IMG/VR virus record: IMGVR_UViG_3300046008_000242
Coordinates: 57,363 to 121,362 of that record
Strand: one strand, 5' to 3'
Length of the DNA: 64,000 nucleotides
From: a virus
Taxonomy: Duplodnaviria > Heunggongvirae > Uroviricota > Caudoviricetes
This document shows positions 1-11,400 of the stretch, piece after piece. The translations under genes and the position numbers were made by a program. A model generated the notes under the pieces. It did not search any database, was not told the DNA's origin, and was given only the letters and a program-made list of their open reading frames with translations. Within the stretch, counting starts at the first letter, position 1. Each line of letters starts with the position of its first letter.

Positions 1-54
1 CTGATAAAACTGTATTTACAATAATGCCGTTTTCAATAATATGTGTTTTCATTT

Positions 55-1599
55 TTAATACTCGATTATGATTAGACCTTGACCGCCGTTTTCACCTGCG
101 GATACATTATTTCTCGATGCACCACCCCTCCCATAATATGAGAATGGGATACCTGCCAAACCACCTACCGAATAAATAGAATTATCTAATAATCCAATAC
201 CCCCACTGAGATTAAGAATGTTACCGCCAGCCCCGACACCGCCAGAACCAAGCCCATAAGTTGCACCTCCACCACCCGTTGCAGTAAGAGAGCTGAAAGT
301 AGTTGTGCCGCCATCATTACCTGGTGAATTATTAAAAGCAGCAATACCAACTCCGCCTATGCCGATAACATACGGTATGACACTTCCAGGTGTAACGCTT
401 AATATCGACACACTTACCCCTGCTCCAGCCCCACCTCGTTTATCTGGGTAGCTTGATGACTCTGACCTCGAACCACCGCCACCACCACCGCCTACGCAAG
501 TTACTTTTATTTTAGTTACGTCAGCAGGTACTGTCCATGACGTACCAGAAGTAAGTAAAACAACGGTTGGTGATGCTGAAATTGTAATATCTCCACTTCC
601 CAACAGATGAACGCCGTTTATCGTTTTAATGGAAGTACCAGAAACAAGAGGGGTTTGGTAATCCGTACCTGGAGCAGCTACTGAAAATGCCCCTGTGCCG
701 TTTCCTTTTACTAGACCTGTTAATGTGCCTGCTCCTGTTCCACCTTTATTAACAGGCAGTGTTGTAAAGGTAGGTTCTTTTGTGTTGTCTACAATTGTGA
801 TATTAGCCGACCCGTTGAACGAAACACCGTTAATGTTTCTTGGCGTAGCCAATGTAGTGGCGGTTGCAACATTTCCCGACGGCGTAACGTAATCCGTCCC
901 TGGTACAGCTATCGTAAGTGCGCCAGTTGTAGTTGTATTTTTTAAAAGTCCTGTTGCTAAATTTGATGTTACGGGTGCGGATATATTTCCCGAACCTAAA
1001 ATTGATTCACCATTGATTGTTTTGATATTTGTACCGGAAACTAGATTGTCTTGTTTATTGGATAGTAAAAAATCAGATTGAGATATAGAATACGTATTGG
1101 CTACATCAAATGTTGATGTATATACAATTTCTATATTATCACCCACTGCTGCTCCAGAAGATAAAATGACGCTTGTTCCATTATCCGCAGAATAATCTAA
1201 TACGTTTAATAATTTAACACCATTAAGATATACATCTACAACAGAACTTCCGTAAGCAACATTGAATGTTGTTTGACCAGATGTTGCCGTGAAAATGAAT
1301 CGTTGGATGGCATTATTTTTCCAAGAACCATCACCACTTAGATATTTGGATGAATCTGGGGTTCCAGTTCCCAATTTAGATAACGCAATGTTACCAGATA
1401 GAGCCAGACTGTCTAATAGAACCCAAGAACCATCGCCCCGTAAGAATTTAGTGGTATCAGCATCACCGGAACCTAATCTAGAAACATTAACTAATCCAGT
1501 TGAGATGTTTGATGCATTAAGATTAGATACACCCGACCCGTCGCCTAATAAGAAGGAACTAGAATTACCAAGTTTTTTGGTATTTCGTATTGAAGACAT
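55..1599 (-). CDS. Tail fibre-like protein with C-terminal glycine-rich domain
   Basis: Repeated LVSGTxIKTING and FLRGDGSW/YLSGDGSW fibre motifs; WTVPADVTKIKVTCVGGGGGGG Gly-rich C-terminus; last gene of the structural operon. Confidence 0.7.
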   Translation of the reverse strand: MSSIRNTKKLGNSSSFLLGDGSGVSNLNASNISTGLVNVSRLGSGDADTTKFLRGDGSWVLLDSLALSGNIALSKLGTGTPDSSKYLSGDGSWKNNAIQRFIFTATSGQTTFNVAYGSSVVDVYLNGVKLLNVLDYSADNGTSVILSSGAAVGDNIEIVYTSTFDVANTYSISQSDFLLSNKQDNLVSGTNIKTINGESILGSGNISAPVTSNLATGLLKNTTTTGALTIAVPGTDYVTPSGNVATATTLATPRNINGVSFNGSANITIVDNTKEPTFTTLPVNKGGTGAGTLTGLVKGNGTGAFSVAAPGTDYQTPLVSGTSIKTINGVHLLGSGDITISASPTVVLLTSGTSWTVPADVTKIKVTCVGGGGGGGSRSESSSYPDKRGGAGAGVSVSILSVTPGSVIPYVIGIGGVGIAAFNNSPGNDGGTTTFSSLTATGGGGATYGLGSGGVGAGGNILNLSGGIGLLDNSIYSVGGLAGIPFSYYGRGGASRNNVSAGENGGQGLIIIEY

Positions 1600-1611
1600 G
1601 ATTTATTCCCT

Positions 1612-1947
1612 CTATGCAGGCATTTCTAAAATGGATAAAATTGCGTCCAAAGAAGATACAGTGTTAGATCTAATCCTCAACGAATCTCCTGAAATTAGAA
1701 CCAATTTTTGGTCACCACCAATAGGAATATCCGTTGAACCAGTTGGTAAAGATGAATTTTTGAAAATATACGTATCCGTTGTTCCATCAAATAATGATAA
1801 ATCTGCTAGGACAGTTCCTCCTGTTGTGTTTGAAATGGTCAAACCGATGACAGTGGTTGATGTATTAGGAGGTACGGTGTACGAACCGATTGGAGTAGTG
1901 GAAGTACCCACGTTCCGAGAAAGTTTTCTTGTGAATGTATTAGCCAT
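1612..1947 (-). CDS. Small virion/tail-associated protein
   Basis: MANTF...YTVP...KLVL..GD..LSILE pattern typical of small T4-like tail proteins; operon context. Confidence 0.55.
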   Translation of the reverse strand: MANTFTRKLSRNVGTSTTPIGSYTVPPNTSTTVIGLTISNTTGGTVLADLSLFDGTTDTYIFKNSSLPTGSTDIPIGGDQKLVLISGDSLRIRSNTVSSLDAILSILEMPA

Positions 1948-1950
1948 TGT

Positions 1951-2154
1951 TTATCCTAATGCTATTGCGTAAATTACTGGATCTTGGATGTTTAAAGCAA
2001 CTTGCGCCGCAGCTAATGTCGTTGCTCCCGTACCACCATTAGAAATAGATACCGTCCCTTCCAATTTATCATTATTTAGATTTTGGAAATTTTGGTCAAT
2101 TTCAGCATTGGTTAATGGAGATCCCTTCACTAATCTATATGTTAAAGAACTCAT
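1951..2154 (-). CDS. Small tail-fibre-associated protein
   Basis: KGSPLTNAEIDQNF and GGTGATT fibre motifs; AGGA RBS. Confidence 0.55.
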   Translation of the reverse strand: MSSLTYRLVKGSPLTNAEIDQNFQNLNNDKLEGTVSISNGGTGATTLAAAQVALNIQDPVIYAIALG

Positions 2155-2204
2155 ATGTTATTCCTTTTAAAATGTATACAATTATTTAACATTCAAATAC
2201 AACA

Positions 2205-2411
2205 TCATAGTTTATTGATAATGGTATGGAGTAGAGATTTTATATCAGTCATCTCAGATTGTAATAATGAGACATCTTGTTTCAGAGAATTGACAATTTC
2301 CATATTTTGTCTTTCTTTTTTGAATTTAATCATTTCTTGTACATCAGTTTTGACTATGGCATTGGAATGAGGATCTCGTAACAGAGAATCATCATTTTTA
2401 ACTTTTAACAT
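2205..2411 (-). CDS. Small coiled-coil protein downstream of the DUF4815 gene
   Basis: True start probably MLKVKND; LLRDPHSNAIV motif followed by a coiled coil; upstream ORF extension overlaps a hairpin. Confidence 0.55.
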   Translation of the reverse strand: MLKVKNDDSLLRDPHSNAIVKTDVQEMIKFKKERQNMEIVNSLKQDVSLLQSEMTDIKSLLHTIINKL

Positions 2412-2427
2412 AAAATACCTATGGATA

Positions 2428-2457
2428 AAATGGGATGCAATTATTATGCATCCCATT
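2428..2457. terminator. Stem-loop after the giant structural gene
   Basis: Perfect inverted repeat aatgggatgca/tgcatcccatt. Confidence 0.55.
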
Positions 2458-2464
2458 AGATTTA

Positions 2465-5400
2465 TTAAGATGTTGCGATTGCTCTTAAATTTCTAACTCT
2501 AGGAACTTTCGCAGGATTATCCGAATACATGACAACTTTCACCGCAAACGATTTGAATGAATTGAATGTTGTATCTCCATATACGTAAGATACATTATCC
2601 AATTTATATTCATCAATAATAAAATCATCATTGTTCTTTGAGTAAGATTTTGTACCCGATAATGGAATTAACGTATAATCTTTACCCTTGAAATTAGAAT
2701 AATCTTCATTGTTAATCATTTTGACATAAACTTCAATATCAGTTCCATATTGTCTATTTACATCCAAGATTACTCTTATACCAGTTGCATCAAATCCTTC
2801 CGAAAGAGTGACCTTTTTGGTTACGTATTTGGATAACGCAGAACCATCTAATGGGTCAGTTTCCAATTTAATTAAATCCAATTTAGAATTAATCAGGTTA
2901 TGGATAAACTTCGTATTCATTGTATGTTTCTGGATAATCGGAGATACGTTTCTATCATGTGAAGATAAAATGGTTTTCAATTTAAACGCAGAAGCAGGTT
3001 TAGTTCTTTCCGTCAATAAAGTATCCGTGTTATTTTCAACATCAACATAATCAATATAATTTCCAGTTAATGAAACAGAATACTTAGAAGAAGTCCCTGG
3101 AACAACATTTTCTGGAGAATTAAGATGGATTATATCAACTTCAAAATTAGAATTGTTAGGTTTCATCTCAAGGATAACTTCTTGATTTGAATTTATATCG
3201 AATTCGCATTTGTATAATTTAAACATTAGATCTTTCATCTGGTCTGCATTCCAAGTTCTAGCGTTTTGTGACATAAAGAACGAACCAACAGAACCATCTG
3301 GATTATTCTCTGAAATCAATTTACCATCTGAGACATCTATTTGACCTAATTCTCCAACAAACACTCTATACTCCTTAGAAGTAGAACCGACAATGATAGA
3401 GTATTCTCCTGGAGCAAGATAAACAGGATCCGAGAAATTAAACGGCGTTGGTGTTGGTGTTATGATTCCAACCAGAGAACTAGGTATATTAACATCCGAA
3501 TTGTTTAACTCCACTCTAGAATAGGTTAATTTAGAATCAGATGACGGATAACCATTTATGGTTTTTCTCATTTCAATCCAAACAGGAATAGTTAGATCTG
3601 ATGGTTTAGAGTAGAAGAAAATATCAGCCTTACTTAAAAACAAACCATTTGGAAATTGTTCTGGTGAAATATAGAATGTTTGAGCCACTGGATCCAATGA
3701 GAACGGTTTACCCAACGATGTTTTATAAGAACCAATTGTGGTCTTACCATTAACAACAGCGGAAATCTTAATATCAAAATCCCCATGGTATCCTTTAGAT
3801 AACGTAACAGTTCCAGAATGTGTATTTCCAGAGAATGAATTAACATCTAATGTAGCAGAACCTCTTGAAATTACATTACCAGCAGAAGGAACCGTAACGG
3901 ATAAAGAAGTTGTTCCAGTGAATCCAGACGGTGATATTTTTACAGTGTATGGAATATGAAATTCATATTTGTACCCTAATGCCAATTGTTTCTTTTCGGC
4001 TGCAGAAATTTCAGAGAATGAAATACTTGGAGTGTATTCAATTTCTTTATCTTTGTTAAGAATGTTAATCGCTTGCGTCAATTTATTACCAGACGTTGTC
4101 GGAGAAACATTCACTGGAATAGTAACGGAACTAGAAGTGTTTGATTTAATGTTAGAACCATTCACAAATAACGTAATACTAGATCCTTTGTTAACAGAAT
4201 AATTTGGAGTGAATTTAATTGATATTGTGGCGGAATAATATTGACTACCAGAAGAACCACCGACACTGAACGACGGATTAGCTATATTTTTAAATTCAGT
4301 AGATACCCCAACAATTTGTACGGAAGTTACGTTGACTACATTATCACCAACAGTCCAACCAAATGGTATAACAGTTCCAGATGGCAGATAATTTGTTTCC
4401 ACTTTAAACGACACTTCTCCAGCAGTTTCAAATACATCAGATGTTTGTAATGCTGTAATGTTAATTGATGCTGGAGAAGGAGGTGCCTCTTTAACCACCA
4501 ACGATTTACTAACATCACCAACAGAAAATAATGCAGAAGAACTGGTTAAGTTGGTAACATTATCATTGATTGCTTTAAATGATGCACTCCATGTATCAAC
4601 AAATTCCGTTCTCTTTTTAGTGACTGTTCCACTATTAGAACCACCAACATATTCAACCAATTTTGAATTGTATTTCAACGTGGATAATTCGCCATCTTTT
4701 ATTGTATCTGTTACAAGAACATTAAACGATTCACCTTCTACAACCTCATTAACAGTAAGTTCATATTGTTTAAACGATAGATTTCTATATGGGATAGAAG
4801 TGTTAATGAAATATGATGTTGAACTTGGGTTAGAAGATAAGATACCTGGATCCAATGATTTACCACTAACGGTAACTGTATTAGATTCATTCAAAATCAT
4901 TTTATCTAATGGGGTGTCGTTTACATAATAGAATGTTTTGGTTGAATTCCCTTTAGGTACAACATAATCAACAACACCTGGAGAGAGTACAGCACCAGAA
5001 CCATCCGCATAACATGATTTTATATTGGCATTAGAAACAAAGAATGTTAATCTCAAGACTCCACCAGCGTTAGCTACGTTAGATGTAGTCAATGTAATGG
5101 TTGAAACTTTTTTCAATGTACCATTACTCAATTTAGTACCAACAGCGGTTGCTTGCGTATCCGAATCTGATGTGATAGAGAATGAACCCGTTTCAGTGGT
5201 CGATGAAGATACAGTTCTGTTAAATTCAGTAGATACGCCATTGAAATCTTTAAAGAAGAATCTAACTTCTTTAGATGCACCAGTTATATATCCAGCTGTA
5301 ATTTTGTAATAGAATGGGAAAGAACGGTTTCCATCGGCATCTACGAAATTTTGTAATTTAACAAATCCACTAGCGTCTACCGTCAACGTATTTTGAAATT

Positions 5401-8400
5401 TATCATAATATGTTATACCAGTTGAGATAACAGCATTTGATGCATTATCCCAAATTTTCATTAAGAAATAATCTTCTGATGCATTATTAACCGAAACAGA
5501 TCCAGATGTTATTTTATCTTGAGTTGTATTGGTTACGTCTGCTGTTATATTTCTAACACCTTGGGTCGGTAAATTAATATCACCTGTTGTGGAACCATTA
5601 GATACAGCAATTTTTATATCGCCAGCCTTACCAGTTTTGTTTTTAATGTTAACCGATGCAACGCCATAGAATGTAACAGCTGGTGTTATATTACCACTAG
5701 AATCAATCGATGTTATACTAGCGGTAGAAGAAACATTAGATGAATTAACATAATACACATCAATACTAACATCAGAAGAAAGATTTAATGCCCCATAATT
5801 AAAAATCTTCAGAACGTGTGCGTCCGTTGAAGCAAAATTGTTTGGAGTTATACTCACTAGACCAGTTTCATTTATTGAAACAGATGGGTTAGATGTCGTT
5901 AATTTATACGATTTCACCCCAGTTTTCGATACAATAGATTTTACAACATTAGAACTAGAAATGTTGGTGTTATCAGTTTTAATTTGGATAACTGTTAAAT
6001 TGTAAGAATCATTGGCATTTTTAGCATTGGTGTTTAATTTAATAGAAACACCGCTGTTGAAATTTGGAATTGAATAATAAAGGGCATTTGATGTACCAAA
6101 AGTCGAAACGATATTTGAGTTCGTTGGAGTTACATTAGCTAATGTATTGTAATTACTCTGAACAACAAAATCGCCAGCGGCTGCAGTCAATACACTATAA
6201 GGATCCGACGGTTTAATTAAAATATACGTATTCAATTCGTCAGCAATGTTACTAGAGATGTTGTAATTTTCTACAACGTTGTATCCCATTGAAACAGGAG
6301 ATTTACCAGAAACATTACTTAATACAATAGATTCTCTTAATGAAGGAGCATTCTGTAATTTCAAACTATTTGAACCCGTTACAACACTAGATGTATCCGA
6401 ATACGTTGATTTGAAACTAACGCAATCCACTTTAATTGAAGCAGATAACGATGAACTAGAAACCGGAGTAGAAGAATTATTGGTTACATAGATTGTTCTG
6501 GTGATGGTTTTATCAGCACTGAAAAAGTCTTCTAATGATGTTGGAGTAGAAACTTTAGAACCATTCAAATCCGTTGTGACGTCAATCAAAGAAGAAGAAA
6601 TGTTATATTTCAACGACGATTGGATAGACGCAGATGCTGATTGGATTTTAACGTCAATTTTCTTTGGTTTATCAGTAGATAAGACGCCAACTACATTTTG
6701 TATCTCGGCTTTTGTCAATGAATCATAAAATTTAATTACAAAAGATGCACCTAATTTCTTAATAGAAATTTCTTGGTCGGTCTTTGTGGTAATTTTAGTT
6801 GTTCCTGTTGTATTATCAACAACCGTCAATAATAATTGGTGGTCTGATGACAATCCAGTTGGTAAGTTTCTAGAGAATGTAACTGTTGTAGATCCACCGA
6901 CGGATAATGTAGCGGTTCCAGATAATGTAGAACTCGATAACGTAGACAATCCAATAGAATTATTGACACTAGACAACGACCAAGAGATATTTCTTGAAAC
7001 GGAACTATCTAACGCTCTGATTGTATATGTTACAGCTTCTCCATCATCAAGAATTTTATCATCACAACCAGATTTTGAGATGGTAAATGATGCAGTCGAT
7101 GCATTAACAATTAATGTATCTTCATTGTTTGTTTCTGGATGTTTAATACCCGCAATAATCTTAATGTTATTTGGAGCAGAAGATTTCATGGTAAATGTTT
7201 TTGGAGTAGATAAACTAGATAATGCACCAGTTCCTCTCAAAACTTGACCATCAATTAAAACCGAAGAACCTGATGTTGGGGATTCACTGGTTCCATCTAA
7301 TCCTTCTAATACATTACCAGAAGAATCAATAACTTTCAAATACCAATTTACAATATCCGTTGGATTAACATTTGTCGAAGCGTATTTAACTTTAAATGTC
7401 GGAGACGAAGAAGACGACACCGTAGCAAGGTCGGCATCTCCAGTTGTTGTAAATTGAGTGGATACACTTTTCTTTGCAGCCTTCAATAATGTCAATGGAA
7501 CAGAATTATTGGTCACTCCATTACATGAAGTCGATATGATTAACAACATATCTTCTAAATTGCCGATGAAATTTTTAATTGTGACATTAAATGTAGCAAC
7601 ACCAGAACCATTCAAATATGTGGTTGGTGTAGATAAATTGTACAATCCAGGAGTTAAATTTGAAACTGAGATATTAACTAATTTTTCAGAATTAGATTTT
7701 GATGCATATACAGAACCATATGAAGAAGTTAATGTACATGTTAAAATATCACCAGAAATCAATGTCGAATTTGGAGCTAATTCATTCCCAGCACGTTTTA
7801 CAGATAACGTAAATGTTTCTTGAGTTTTATCTACATACAATAAAGATTGAGCACCGCCACCTTTATTGGAATCCGTTAAAGTTAATCTAATGGTATACTG
7901 TTTGTCCAAAATTCCTGTAGAAGAAATTGACACATTTCTATCGGTTTTAGAGAAATAACCATTTGAACTCGAAATTGTAAATTTACCAGAATACGACGCA
8001 ATAGGACTATATACAGAACCACCTTCACTCACTTCCAATAGGTATGGAACTTGTTCAGAATCATATGTAGAAAAATCATACAAATTTGTATTGAGTTTAA
8101 AGGTGACACTTTGTCCAGGAATGAAACGCCCGAATGTATCGCCAGATGTAGACATGTTGAATGTCTTTTTGGCATATTTACCAACAACCAAAATCTTTTT
8201 AGATATCGTTACGCCTAAATCATCAATAAAGATAAATTCAAATGCACCATTTCTTTCTAAGAAATCTCCAACAGATAAAGGTAATTTAATGTTTTGATTT
8301 GGAGCGGAAGTATTCGTATGGAATGAAGTGACATTCGCTCCTGTTACAATAGAACCATCTTTTTTAACCGTTAATGTGATTACTCTATCTTGTTCACAAT

Positions 8401-11400
8401 TTGTTGATGTGAATGTCATATCAATAGAATTGTTGGTATCAATATCTATTTTAACAGGACTGTTTACAGAATATTCTGTACGAACTGGGTTCAATAATTT
8501 AACAGATTCTGAGATAACCAAACCATATGAAAATTCAGGATAATCGATTGCTGGTTTAGCGACATCTGTTCCGACTGTCACAGATAATGTGATTACTCTA
8601 TCATTTTGGAATACAAGATCTTCATGAGGTTTCAAATTAATGGAAGCATTACCTAGTGCATCTACTCTGAAATTGAATGAAGATAGATTTGTAATTGGAG
8701 TAGTGGTACTTCCAGATACAACATTAGATAAATCGAAACTAGAAGTACCACCAGAAACTACAATAGAACCAGTATAAGAAACATTTGGATTTCCATTTTG
8801 TACATTAAATTTCATGGATAATGTTTCACCTTCTCTGACCACATAAGAAGATGGAGAAATGGTGTAAACCGCAGATGGTTTTGGTATTTTAATTTTGGTT
8901 ACTGGATTTACTGCAGCAACATCATTAACGATTACAGAAATTGGAGATTCGTCTGTATAACGTAATGATTGAGAAATACTATAAATTGTTTCTGCCGTTG
9001 ATGAAGAGAATTGGATACCAGCTGGAGTATCGGTAAATGTAACATTAAATTTAGAACCATTATACATTGCTGGAATATAAATGTTACCTTGATACGAACC
9101 ATTTTCATCTGTGAATTGGTCCGCGCTAGATTTTTGTCCAGAAACTTGCCAACCTTTTTCTTGTAATTCTCCATCAAAGAAATAATAGATTTTTACATTA
9201 GATAACATTCCAGTTATCTTAACAGCAACAACATTTTCTCTTGTGGAACCTTGTACCAATTTAACTACGTTGTAGGTTTGACCTTGAACAACTTTGTTTT
9301 GTTGAGAATTTACTTCCAAGAAATCTTTTGTATTGTTGATATCAGTTACTACGTTAGTCGTTTGGTCGCCAGTCTTCCAAGACCCAAAAATCGTGACTTT
9401 GGTTCTTTCTGTATTTTCATTACCAATTAATAATTGTCTTGCTTCTGTTGTATCGATAGCATTTTCTTGGAACACTGTGTAATCTGAATCTGGTGTTAGA
9501 ATTACATTACCTTTTGAATTGTATACACTGTATGGATTAACGGAAATTGATGTTGATGCCATCATCTGTGCAGTTAAAATAGATTCAGTGAATGGTAAGG
9601 TAATTGTGTTATCGTGTACGGAAGAAGTGATTGGATTATTATTAGGACTTAATCCTGCTGTATCTAATAGGAACCCTGGACGCATCTCATTTTTTTCAAA
9701 ATCGATTGAGAATTTGAAATTAGAATTATCATTAGAAGGAGCCCCAATTAAAACTTCATCATTGGTTACATCAGCTACATTATATCCTTTGAATGAATCA
9801 ACTAAGAATCCATTGTTGAACAACGGAGTTCCTGTGTTATCCGTGAATGTTTTAGATGCTGTTTCTTTCTCCAATAATGATAGAGAAGTGTAGTATTCCA
9901 CATTTTCCAAACGTTTATCTAATGCACCAATATCTCTCATGGTGTAACGTTTATTTTTGTACATCAATGTTTTAACATTAGAACTGGAATCTGTATAAGG
10001 TTCATATGTGAACGAACAGATTTCCATTACGTCTTTACCAGCGATTGGTGTAATCGGTGAATCGTAAGAAGGTTGACCTTGTAATAATGTAAATTCACCA
10101 GCCTTATCAAGAACCAATTTATCAATTCGTTGTAGATAATAATCCAAATTAGTTGTTATTACTTGATTCGTCAATGGTAATGTAAATGCATCAAATGTAT
10201 TAGAATCTTTACGTTGGATTGGTCTAAAATCAATACAGTTTCTTAATTTATATTCAATACCATTATCATCAGAGTATTTTGGCAAATTAGAATAAGGAAT
10301 AGAAGATTCATATGAATTTACAACTAGACCACCATCACCAGAATGTTCAAAATAATCTACAACTATCAATATATTTTCAGAAACATTTGCTTCTTTAATC
10401 TTCTTAATGGTCGCATGTAGATATGCCGAATTGGTTTGACCATTTTGGATAGAATATTTAGAGGAAACATCATTCAATTCAGTACCCAACGTGTATCCAG
10501 AAATTGTATATGCTTTACCATCCATAATTACGATAGAATTTGCTGGATAATTGTATGTAGAAGAATACGTCAAAGTAGGAACTGTAATAGGATCCCCAGA
10601 ATACGAATATACACCAACAACTTTACTCACGTCAGATACACCAATAGAACCATTAGCAAAATCGGGTGTATATTGGATAGCAACACCATAATTCTTTTTT
10701 AATGTTTTTGTTCTAGATGGAACACCAGAATTGTAAATTGTGGTAGTAATGTTAACAGTACCGTTGAATGAACTATCATTAAAATTCAATTCTGCGGTCG
10801 AGCTGGAACCAATCGGATTGTTTACAGTTAAAGTAGCCAATGATGCATCAATAATACTACCCACAGGAAATGCTGTTGGATTAGATGACGTGATTACATT
10901 AACAATATAATTTTTATTGATTGAAGACCCAGTAGATTCATCGTAATCTTTGTATGATGAACCAGAATTGATTGTAGCAACACCATTATATACATTCACT
11001 GAATTGTAAGTGTATTTGGATGCATATCTTAAATTATTGATTGATTTAACTGTGATGTTTGGAATTTGGAACACCAACAATTGTTTATTTGTATCAATGA
11101 TGGATTTACTAATTGGAATTAGATGAGATACGAAATTAGAATCATTTTTCCATGTAATATCAAAAACTTCATTGAATTTATATCCTTTAAAATTAACATC
11201 ATCTAAGAATAATTTGAATACACCAAGACTAGAAAATTCTAGACCGATACTGGTGGCAGAACCGATAACATCACCAGTTGAATCCAAAAACGTTAATTCT
11301 GTTCTAGAATTTGCCGAAGGTAAGAAACTATTATCGGATACAGACACTTCAATGTAATTACCATATTGAGCAGAAACGATATGGTCTGATTCCGTTAAGA

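Noticed and set aside
2430-2456. ORF-track starts MGCIIIASH (2456) and MGCIIISSH (about 16250) look alike
   Set aside because: Both lie upstream of the likely true starts; one is a hairpin and the other is the gp6 coding tail, so this is probably coincidence
2808-11357. Many plus-strand ORFs antisense to the structural genes (and 1289-1972)
   Set aside because: Shadow ORFs caused by codon bias; no RBS or recognisable motifs
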